Shown here piece after piece: positions 56,494 to 64,000 of a stretch of DNA of 64,000 nt. Positions within the stretch are counted from its first letter, which is position 1. The number at the start of each line of letters is the position of its first letter. The stretch is from assembly GCA_051251915.1 (NCBI GenBank), contig JBPOGF010000005.1:64001-128000 (forward strand), given 5' to 3'. The notes under the pieces were generated by a model. It searched no databases. It had not been told where the DNA came from and was given only the letters and a program-made list of their open reading frames with translations. The position numbers and the translations under genes were made by a program. This DNA is from Akkermansiaceae bacterium (GTDB taxonomy: Bacteria > Verrucomicrobiota > Verrucomicrobiia > Verrucomicrobiales > Akkermansiaceae).

Positions 56494-57591
56494 ATGGATA
56501 GAACGATCGTAGATTACTTGCATGCACTCGTAAGAGCTGAAGGCTCAGACCTCCACCTTAGTGTTGGCATGGCGCCTTCGCTTAGAGTCGCGGGTGAAGT
56601 TCGGCAACTCAAGGCGGACACATTAACAGAAGAGAGTCTCTACGGATTACTCATGAGTATTTTGACCGATAGTCAACGTGCTAAACTGGAGGAAAACTTA
56701 GAGTTAGATTTCGCTCTAAATATCGACAATGTAGGCCGATTTCGTGGAAATGCTCATTACATTCGAGGTGCAGTTGAGGCTACCTTCCGACATATTCTAG
56801 ACGTTATCCCCACGCTCGATGAGCTAGGACATAAACGCATTCTTAAGCAGCTTTCTCACATGAAGGACGGACTTGTCCTCATCACTGGGGTCACGGGGTC
56901 TGGCAAGTCTTCCACGTTAGCCGCGATGGTGAACCTCATTTCTCAGCAGAAGAAAGGTGTTATTATCACTGTAGAAGATCCCATCGAATACGTTTTTTCT
57001 CATGGAAAAAGCGTGGTCAAGCAACGCGAAGTTGGAGCAGATACTCACACCTTCGGGGCTGCATTAAAATATGCACTTAGACAAGATCCAGACGTTATCA
57101 TGGTGTCTGAGCTGCGAGACATGGAGACAATCCAGGCAGCTATAACGGCTGCCGAGACCGGCCACCTCGTCCTCGGCACACTTCATACTATCGATGCCCC
57201 TCGCTCGCTGGATAGACTCATAGACGTCTTTCCATCTAGGCAGCAAAGCCAGATAATAGCACAGCTAGCGAACTGCCTCAGAGCAGTCGTTTCTCAACGA
57301 CTCATCAAGACCGTTAAGTCTGAGCGACGCGTGCTTGCAGAAGAAGTCATGTTGGTGAATCAGCCGATCCGAAATTGCATTCGCGAGAGGAAATTTGAGC
57401 AGATTGATGGCCTCATCGAGATTGGCGGAAAAGATGGTATGTTCACTATCGACCACCATTTAGTCGAGCTCCTTAGAAAGGAGAAAATAACCGTAGATGA
57501 AGCATACAACGCTAGCCGTGATAACACCGTTATAGATTCCTATATTAAGGAAAAAAAGCTCAGGGAATTGAGCCAAAATGAGGGTAGTTAA
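56494..57591 (+). CDS. pilT: PilT/PilU family ATPase
   Basis: SDLHL, G.TGSGKS, EDPIEY, QREVG.DT, ALRQDPD, ETGHL, IRNCIRE. Confidence 0.88.
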   Translation: MDRTIVDYLHALVRAEGSDLHLSVGMAPSLRVAGEVRQLKADTLTEESLYGLLMSILTDSQRAKLEENLELDFALNIDNVGRFRGNAHYIRGAVEATFRHILDVIPTLDELGHKRILKQLSHMKDGLVLITGVTGSGKSSTLAAMVNLISQQKKGVIITVEDPIEYVFSHGKSVVKQREVGADTHTFGAALKYALRQDPDVIMVSELRDMETIQAAITAAETGHLVLGTLHTIDAPRSLDRLIDVFPSRQQSQIIAQLANCLRAVVSQRLIKTVKSERRVLAEEVMLVNQPIRNCIRERKFEQIDGLIEIGGKDGMFTIDHHLVELLRKEKITVDEAYNASRDNTVIDSYIKEKKLRELSQNEGS

Positions 57592-57598
57592 AAAGAAG

Positions 57599-57640
57599 AA
57601 ACCCACAGGCTGTTGTAGCAACCTGTGGGTTTAAGTTTTT
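57599..57640 (+). terminator. Intrinsic terminator (possibly bidirectional)
   Basis: aaacccacagg/cctgtgggttt stem. Confidence 0.7.
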
Positions 57641-57777
57641 TGTTCCCCAAATGAATAATCAAAAAATATAATGACCTTCACTAGATACAGACCCTTGTGT
57701 TCAGGATTTGTTCAAAGAAAAGTTAATAAAATTGAAAATTGTTCATAACTTATTCATAATGAGTTGAAATAATGATG

Positions 57778-58659
57778 CTATTTACCCATGGAATCACCCA
57801 TTTTTGCATAAAGTTCCTGTTGTTTTACAGAATTTTCCAGTAAATCAGCATCTAAAGTCACTCGACCTTTCTGGAAAATAGTAATTGTGGAGGAACCTCC
57901 AAAGGAGAAATACCCCTTTTCCGCCCCTTTTTCCACTGTTTCACCTGGTGTATAAGTCTGGTGGATTGATCCAACACAAGTGGCTCCTATTTCCATGATT
58001 AGCACCTTGCCGTGATTAGGCGTTTCCAGAACGGTACGGGATCTTTTATTCTGCCACATGTAATCTAAATTTTGTCTTAGTGCGATAGGGGACACTGAGA
58101 AGAGCGGACCGTTGACCATTACGGTCTCGCCTGGCACACCAGCTAGAGGGAAATGATATCGGTGATAATCTACTGGGCATAGACGAGATAAAACCAATGA
58201 CCCACCAGTAAACTCCTGATAGAGTGCATCATCGCCTATCAGTTTGCGTAGATCCCATTTCTGACCTTTCACGAAGACTCCTGCGACATCCTCCGCATTC
58301 TCAAACCCCAAGTGCCGACCATCAGCTGGAAAAACCACCGCGGCATCTGAGATGGGGCGTGCAGTTGGCTTTAGCTTTCGATAGAAAAATGCGTTAAAGT
58401 GCTGATAGCTCTCTGCATCATCCAGAAAATCCTCTACTTCCATCGCATAGTCTACAATGAAAGGAGCGACCTTTTCCTTTGTCTTAGGATCATCCATTCG
58501 TCTTCCGTACCATTTACTAAAAAACGGACGTTTGATGAAACTATGCAGAGCAATTTTCCCTAGAGGGTTAACATATGCCCACTTCAGAAATCCCTCTCCG
58601 TAGACCTGTTCAGTCTCTAGTTCACCTGTGTATCTGTTTAAATAAGTAATTGGCTTCAC
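57778..58659 (-). CDS. psd: Phosphatidylserine decarboxylase
   Basis: FNAFFYRKLK..ARP, PADGR, RLCPVDYHRYH, FGGSS; GTG start at 58659. Confidence 0.9.
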   Translation of the reverse strand: MKPITYLNRYTGELETEQVYGEGFLKWAYVNPLGKIALHSFIKRPFFSKWYGRRMDDPKTKEKVAPFIVDYAMEVEDFLDDAESYQHFNAFFYRKLKPTARPISDAAVVFPADGRHLGFENAEDVAGVFVKGQKWDLRKLIGDDALYQEFTGGSLVLSRLCPVDYHRYHFPLAGVPGETVMVNGPLFSVSPIALRQNLDYMWQNKRSRTVLETPNHGKVLIMEIGATCVGSIHQTYTPGETVEKGAEKGYFSFGGSSTITIFQKGRVTLDADLLENSVKQQELYAKMGDSMGK

Positions 58660-58814
58660 ACAGCAATTCCTGCTTGGATTCCCCGCTATTGTCAACCTCC
58701 TAAAAAAAGGGGTGAAAAAAATAACATTCACTCTTGCACTACCATCGATTTATTACCCATGATGACTTTAACAAGATTTTAGCAACACCTACCAAAAAAA
58801 ACACCACACACACT

Positions 58815-59228
58815 ATGGCTACCTGGGGAACAAAAACATTTGAAGACGACACCGCTACAGACTGGCTCGCAGAGCTCATCGATGCTGAAGAATCACGCGA
58901 GTTCCTCTTGGCAAATATCACTCTAGCTGATGATGAAGAAGAGCCTGGATATGACACTGGAGTCATCTGTCTCGCAGCCTGTGAGATCATCATCGCACTG
59001 ATTGATGAACCTCGCAAAGGGCTGCCAGAAGAGCTCAAGGACTGGTTAGCCGATAATGAGTGTGATGACATCACTGATCTTCCAGAAAAGGCTCTAGAGT
59101 CACTAAACATTGTCCTCAGTGATAGCTCAGAACTTATGGAAACTTGGAAAGAGCAAGAAGACTATGATGAATGGCGCGAAGGTGTAGATGAGCTTGCCGA
59201 AATCATGGAGCAACTCGTCCAAGCCTAA
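58815..59228 (+). CDS. DUF4259 domain protein
   Basis: M.TWG...FEDD.A.DW, SELMETW; acidic. Confidence 0.8.
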   Translation: MATWGTKTFEDDTATDWLAELIDAEESREFLLANITLADDEEEPGYDTGVICLAACEIIIALIDEPRKGLPEELKDWLADNECDDITDLPEKALESLNIVLSDSSELMETWKEQEDYDEWREGVDELAEIMEQLVQA

Positions 59229-59300
59229 CCTGTATTAATTATTTATTAAGCAAGGTTAACTTTTTCTTCCTCTCTAAGAAATAAAATGTTTCTCTGAGTC

Positions 59301-60563
59301 ATGAGAGAACAGTTACTAGCCCATCCTGTGTTCAAGATGGCATCCGAGCAGTTCGAGCGTTCTGCGGATTTCCTTCAGTTATCAGACGAAGTTAGAGAGC
59401 GTTGTAAATGGCCCAAGCGGCTAATCACCTGTACTATCCCCATCAAGCGGGATAATGGAGATACAGAAGTCTACTTCGGCTATCGTGTTCAGCATCATTT
59501 GTCACGTGGTCCAGTCAAAGGTGGGCTCAGATATCACCCTAATGTAGACATTGGAGAAGTGGCCGCATTAGCCATGTGGATGAACTGGAAATGTGCTCTC
59601 ATGGGGCTTCCGTTCGGTGGTGGTAAAGGCGGCGTCACTTGTGACCCTAGCACGATGAGCCAACATGAGCTAGAAAATGTCACTAGAAGATTCACTGCCG
59701 AGATGCTCCCATTCATCGGCCCTGAGACTGATGTCATGGCGCCAGACATGGGGACTAATGAGCAGACGATGGCGTGGATAACGGACGTTTACGCCACACA
59801 TGCTGGGCACCTTGTACCTGGAATAGTAACTGGGAAACCTGTTATTCTTCAGGGCTCAGAAGGCCGCACTAGGGCTACTGGGCATGGCGTAGCTTTTCTC
59901 GCAGCACGTGCTCTTCAACTGTGTGAAATTGACTATGAAGTTGCCACAGCTGTTGTTCAGGGATTCGGGAATGTAGGTTCTCATGCAGCCCGGACTATTG
60001 CTAGCTACGGAGTTAAAGTGATTGCCGTTTCAGACGTCTCTGGAGCGATTCACTCAGAAGACGGTATCAACATAGACGCCCTTATAGCTCATGTGAAAGA
60101 TACCGGAGGGGTGAAAAATTTCCCTGGAACGTCTCCGATAGATCCTAATGAGATGCTTCTGTTAGAGTGTAGTGTTCTCATGCCAGCGGCATTGGAGCGA
60201 GTCATCACCGAGGATAATGCAGCAGACCTAAAATGCAAAGTCCTAGCAGAAGGAGCTAACGGACCAACCACACCAAATGCTGACGCTATCATTGAGAAAC
60301 GAGGCGACATCTTTCTCATCCCGGACATCTTATGTAATGCGGGAGGTGTAACAGTGTCCTATTTCGAGTGGGTGCAGAATCTTCAGCGCTTTCAGTGGAG
60401 TGAACAGGAGGTGATCTCCAAGCTCGACACCATGCTAGCGACGGCCTTTGATAAGGTGATTAATTTTGCTAAGTACAATGATTTGCCAAATCGAGTCGCC
60501 GCATTATCCTTAGGCATTAAAGAAGTTGCGGATGTAAAAGCGCAGCGCGGTCTCTATCCATAA
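59301..60563 (+). CDS. gdhA: Glutamate dehydrogenase
   Basis: GPVKGGLRYH, GGGKGG, APDMGT, QGFGNVG, EGANGP, SYFEWVQN. Confidence 0.92.
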   Translation: MREQLLAHPVFKMASEQFERSADFLQLSDEVRERCKWPKRLITCTIPIKRDNGDTEVYFGYRVQHHLSRGPVKGGLRYHPNVDIGEVAALAMWMNWKCALMGLPFGGGKGGVTCDPSTMSQHELENVTRRFTAEMLPFIGPETDVMAPDMGTNEQTMAWITDVYATHAGHLVPGIVTGKPVILQGSEGRTRATGHGVAFLAARALQLCEIDYEVATAVVQGFGNVGSHAARTIASYGVKVIAVSDVSGAIHSEDGINIDALIAHVKDTGGVKNFPGTSPIDPNEMLLLECSVLMPAALERVITEDNAADLKCKVLAEGANGPTTPNADAIIEKRGDIFLIPDILCNAGGVTVSYFEWVQNLQRFQWSEQEVISKLDTMLATAFDKVINFAKYNDLPNRVAALSLGIKEVADVKAQRGLYP

Positions 60564-60572
60564 AATAACTAT

Positions 60573-61562
60573 ATGAATCACCAGTCTGTAACATTTAACG
60601 AGTTCGGCTCACCAGCCGAGGTCCTCCACTACGCCACCGAAGAAAAACTTACCACTACGCCTCTAAAATCTGGTGAAGTTCGGGTGAAAATGCAGTTTTC
60701 ACCGATTAATCCTGCAGATATCAACTACATCCAAGGTAACTACGGAATCCGACCTGAGCTACCAGCCGTTCCAGGCGTAGAATCTTCAGGTATCATCACT
60801 GAGTCTAGCTCAGAGGGTGTTTCGGTAGGTGATCTGGTCATCTTCATCACCCGAGTAGGAACTTGGCAGAGTGAAGTCATCTGTGGAGCTGAAGAAGTCA
60901 TTGTGATCCCTAGTATCCCCGCAGAACAAGCGGCGATGCTCAAAGTGAATCCTCTCACGGCACTCTGTCTGTTAGAAAACTATGTGAGTCTAACAGAAGG
61001 AGACTACATCATACAGAATGCCGCCAACTCTGGAGTAGGCCAGTGCGTAATTCAGATAGCCAAGCAGCTAGGTATTAAGACCATTAACCTCGTGAGAAGA
61101 GATGAACTTATTCCGGAGTTGTTAGAACTAGGAGCGGATCATGTTCTGTTAGATAATACCTTTGTTGTAGAGCAAGTAAGAGAAATCTGTGGAGAGAATC
61201 TGCCTAAGCTTGCTTGTAATGCCGTAGGTGGAGATAGTGCGCTTCGCCTGATGGATGCCATAGCGGAGCAAGGCCAGCATATCACTTTTGGAGCTATGTC
61301 AATGCGTAGCCTCAAAGTGCCTAACAAATTCCTCATCTTCAAACGTATTCAGCTCCATGGTCTCTGGGTTACTAAGTGGATCGAAGAAAACGATCATGCT
61401 ACAGTCTCAGCTGCTTATCAACGCCTCGCAACATGGGTTGCAAAAGGTCAGTTAAGTCAAGCCATCGATACCATCTACAAGCCTCAGGACATCATCCCAG
61501 CTATTAAGCACGCTACTCAGGATAAGCGTGATGGGAAAATTCTCTTAGACTTTACTGAATAG
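60573..61562 (+). CDS. MDR-family trans-2-enoyl thioester reductase-like oxidoreductase
   Basis: PINPADIN.I.G.Y, VNPLTA, QNAANSGVG, NAVGG. Confidence 0.85.
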   Translation: MNHQSVTFNEFGSPAEVLHYATEEKLTTTPLKSGEVRVKMQFSPINPADINYIQGNYGIRPELPAVPGVESSGIITESSSEGVSVGDLVIFITRVGTWQSEVICGAEEVIVIPSIPAEQAAMLKVNPLTALCLLENYVSLTEGDYIIQNAANSGVGQCVIQIAKQLGIKTINLVRRDELIPELLELGADHVLLDNTFVVEQVREICGENLPKLACNAVGGDSALRLMDAIAEQGQHITFGAMSMRSLKVPNKFLIFKRIQLHGLWVTKWIEENDHATVSAAYQRLATWVAKGQLSQAIDTIYKPQDIIPAIKHATQDKRDGKILLDFTE

Positions 61563-61572
61563 GGGATGATTA

Positions 61573-62631
61573 ATGAGCAATGAGCGCAAGATTATCCACG
61601 TTGACATGGACTGCTTCTTTGCTGCCATAGAGCAGCGAGAAAATCCTGCGCTGAGAGGTAAACCCATCGCTGTGGGAGGTGATGGTAGACGAGGTGTTCT
61701 TTGCACCGCAAGCTACGAAGCGCGCAAGTTTGGTTGTCGGTCAGCTATGCCTGGTTTCAAGGCGCTAGAGCTCTGCCCGCAGCTTATTATTGTTCCTGTT
61801 AGATTTGAACTCTATCAGCAAGCGTCAAACAAAGTTAGGGCAATATTTGGCAGGTTCACCGAGCTCATCGAGCCGCTTTCTTTAGACGAAGCTTACCTTG
61901 ATGTTAGCCATTGGAAAAGTGATGCCGGTGCCATCGCTCGGGAAATACGCGCTCAGATCTACGAAGAAACCCAGCTCACCGCTAGTGCAGGGATTTCATC
62001 TAACAAACTCATCGCCAAGATAGCTTCAGACTGGCAGAAACCGAACGGACAACACCAAATCAAGCCAGAAGAAATACCAGCATTCATGGAAAACTTACCT
62101 GTAGCTAAGCTCTGGGGAGTGGGGAAAAAGATGCAGCAAAAACTTACCTCTGCCAATATCCACACTTGTGGCGATATGCAGAAGCTGGATAAACTCACGA
62201 TGGCAAAAAACTATGGCAAATGGGGGCTAGAACTATACGACCTTTGCCGAGGAATAGACACGAGAGAAGTCCAGACTAGCCGTATTAGAAAATCGATCGG
62301 TAAAGAAATCACCTTCGATGAAGACATCAATCGTGTCCAGGACCTCTTCGCTGATTTAGAGAAAATGTTAGAATCAGTTAGGGAAATACATCAAGATCGC
62401 TACAGAGACAGAATTATCAAATCCACCGTCGTCAAACTCAAATTTGCAGACTTTACTGGAACCACGATAGAGCGAGCCACGGAGAAACCTAGCATGGAAC
62501 TCGCCAGAGAATTACTTTTAGAAGGCTGGTCCCGAGGAGGGCAAAAATCTGTCCGCCTACTCGGGATAGGACTCAAGCTAGCCGATCCAGAACCTCAAAC
62601 ACAGCCTCAGTTAGAACTAGGAATGGAGTGA
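61573..62631 (+). CDS. dinB: DNA polymerase IV
   Basis: IIHVDMDCFFA, ASYEARKFG, SLDEAYLD, AKIASD..KP.G. Confidence 0.95.
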   Translation: MSNERKIIHVDMDCFFAAIEQRENPALRGKPIAVGGDGRRGVLCTASYEARKFGCRSAMPGFKALELCPQLIIVPVRFELYQQASNKVRAIFGRFTELIEPLSLDEAYLDVSHWKSDAGAIAREIRAQIYEETQLTASAGISSNKLIAKIASDWQKPNGQHQIKPEEIPAFMENLPVAKLWGVGKKMQQKLTSANIHTCGDMQKLDKLTMAKNYGKWGLELYDLCRGIDTREVQTSRIRKSIGKEITFDEDINRVQDLFADLEKMLESVREIHQDRYRDRIIKSTVVKLKFADFTGTTIERATEKPSMELARELLLEGWSRGGQKSVRLLGIGLKLADPEPQTQPQLELGME

Positions 62632-62870
62632 AGCTGATGTGGAGAAAGGTGAATCTTTAAATATATTAATACGGTAATGTTTTAGGCGGCGTATTTAATT
62701 GAGCTACTATGAAGTATTTCTTCTGTCGTTCTGGACTTTTTTGAGCCTTCTCATTTGAGTTTTCGCTTGAGCTTTGAATTAACTATCTCGTCTACTAGAG
62801 GGTCGTCTGAGATAACTCAGCCTTTAAATCTCGATTCAAATATTCGTCAGGGTTTAGATCTGGGCTGTAG

Positions 62871-63104
62871 CTGAGCTGGGCAGAAATGCTGCGGTGTAGG
62901 GTGCGGTATTTTAGTGATGGTGTTGTGCTTGGGAGTAAGGAATTTGTGAATGATTTCTTTAAACAGCTAAAAGCAGTGACTCAAAGTGAACCTGGACAGA
63001 GTGAACGTTATCATAAGAGAGAGACTGGGGCGCGGAAGATTAGACACGCGAAAGGAGATAAGTTGTTTAGTATGCGACGGCTGGAGGTGGATAGTATCGG
63101 GTAG
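62871..63104 (+). pseudogene. C-terminal remnant of a verrucomicrobial transposase-like gene
   Basis: LSWAEMLRCRVRYFSDGVVLGSKEFVN..KRETGARK..LFSMRRL; in-frame stop just upstream, no catalytic domain. Confidence 0.55.
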
Positions 63105-63232
63105 TTTCTTTGGATGTTTTACTTATTATGTATGCTTGTCTGACAATGGCGATAATTAGCCTCTTGCTTACTCATAATTAGCAATATATGCTCATTTTAT
63201 GACACTCCTAGACACAAGAACAGAGTTAAATA

Positions 63233-64000
63233 ATGCGCATTTTATGTAGAAAGTATGTTGGGTTGACCAAGATGATGCTCGTGTTAATTACGACTTGTGG
63301 ATCAGTGACTGGAGCTCTGTTAGAATATGTGACGGCTCCTCCAGACAACCCATTGAGAGGACTAGTGCCGTATGTTGATGCTTCTAAGAAGGCGAATTTT
63401 CCGCATAGTATGGAGTTTCGTTACTTCTCATTGAGGGATATTATGAAGGGCCCAGATGAGTATGATTGGGAACCTATAGAGCGAGCGCTTGAGGGTGTAA
63501 GTAAGCGCGGAAACCAGATCGTTTTCAGGGTCTTTTGTGAATATCCTGGTAGGAAGAATGCGGTTCCTCAGTTTCTCATTGATGGTGGAGTGAAGATCAC
63601 CAAGTGGAAAAATAAGGATGATGGCGAGATCAGCTATACGCCTGATTATGAAAACCCCAAATTAAGAGAATCTCTTACTGGATTCATTAGAGCGATGGGG
63701 GTTAAATACGACGGTGATCCGAGGATAGGATTTATTACTGCTGGCGTTCTAGGCTCGTGGGGTGAGTGGCATACTTACCCGCGCGAGGATTTATGGGCAT
63801 CGAAGGAAGTCCAGCTTGAGATTTTAGATTCTTTTGCGAAGGCCTTCTCAACGACGAAAGTATTGTTGCGATATGCTGCTGGTGGTAAGAATGAGATGTA
63901 TGCAGAGAATGTTGAGGGGCCTTTTGGTTACCATGATGATTCATTTGGATGGGCAACAATCGATACGGGAAAGAAGAACGACTCATGGTTTTTTGAACCT
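63233..64000 (+). CDS. DUF4832-type putative glycoside hydrolase (partial, runs off window end)
   Basis: Hand-translated: APPDNPLRGLVPY, FPHSMEF.Y, YDW, YDGDPRIGFI..G.LG.WGEWH.YP, GYHDDSF. Confidence 0.7.
   Translation, partial: MRILCRKYVGLTKMMLVLITTCGSVTGALLEYVTAPPDNPLRGLVPYVDASKKANFPHSMEFRYFSLRDIMKGPDEYDWEPIERALEGVSKRGNQIVFRVFCEYPGRKNAVPQFLIDGGVKITKWKNKDDGEISYTPDYENPKLRESLTGFIRAMGVKYDGDPRIGFITAGVLGSWGEWHTYPREDLWASKEVQLEILDSFAKAFSTTKVLLRYAAGGKNEMYAENVEGPFGYHDDSFGWATIDTGKKNDSWFFEP

Noticed and set aside
57720..57775. AT-rich spacer with a DnaA-box-like tgttcataa as oriC or dif
   Set aside because: One mismatched box only, no cluster, and no XerC/D-type dif match
63735..63986. 83-aa minus-strand ORF
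   Set aside because: Antisense to the DUF4832-type gene starting at 63233
1..64000. tRNA or rRNA genes
   Set aside because: None recognised by eye; tRNAscan-SE and barrnap would confirm

Overview
Bacterial chromosomal window, most likely Verrucomicrobiota (Rubritalea/Akkermansiaceae-like, inferred from the VPEPSSTALLGLGGLALILRRRK PEP-CTERM tails and PVC-type conserved proteins). It holds about 55 genes: housekeeping and metabolic genes (ldhA, recO, fbaA, fur, hup, deoA, scpA, leuD, mlaF/D, pilT pair, psd, gdhA, dinB), secreted glycan/peptide-active proteins, and a Fur-boxed TonB receptor-piuC-hydroxyacid oxidase module. The main finding is a complete retron on the minus strand (24961-31559): WGR+ARM/HEAT protein, SWIM zinc-finger protein, an intergenic msr-msd RNA (14-bp a1/a2 inverted repeats around a perfect 27-bp hairpin) and a retron reverse transcriptase (NAxxH, YADD, VTG). 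The layout matches my recollection of the Mx162-like type XIII retrons, whose effector mechanism is poorly understood. Features missed by the ORF track include a probable selenocysteine HMA lipoprotein with a SECIS hairpin (11090-11431), a ~205-nt structured orphan RNA candidate (23012-23216), an 18-bp direct repeat bracketing a 5.7-kb iron-uptake islet, a low-GC orphan ORF flanked by 12-bp inverted repeats, two transposase remnants, and a gene with one in-frame stop. There is also an extreme G+T strand bias that fades along the window. All family calls come from motif recognition by eye; no database search was run.
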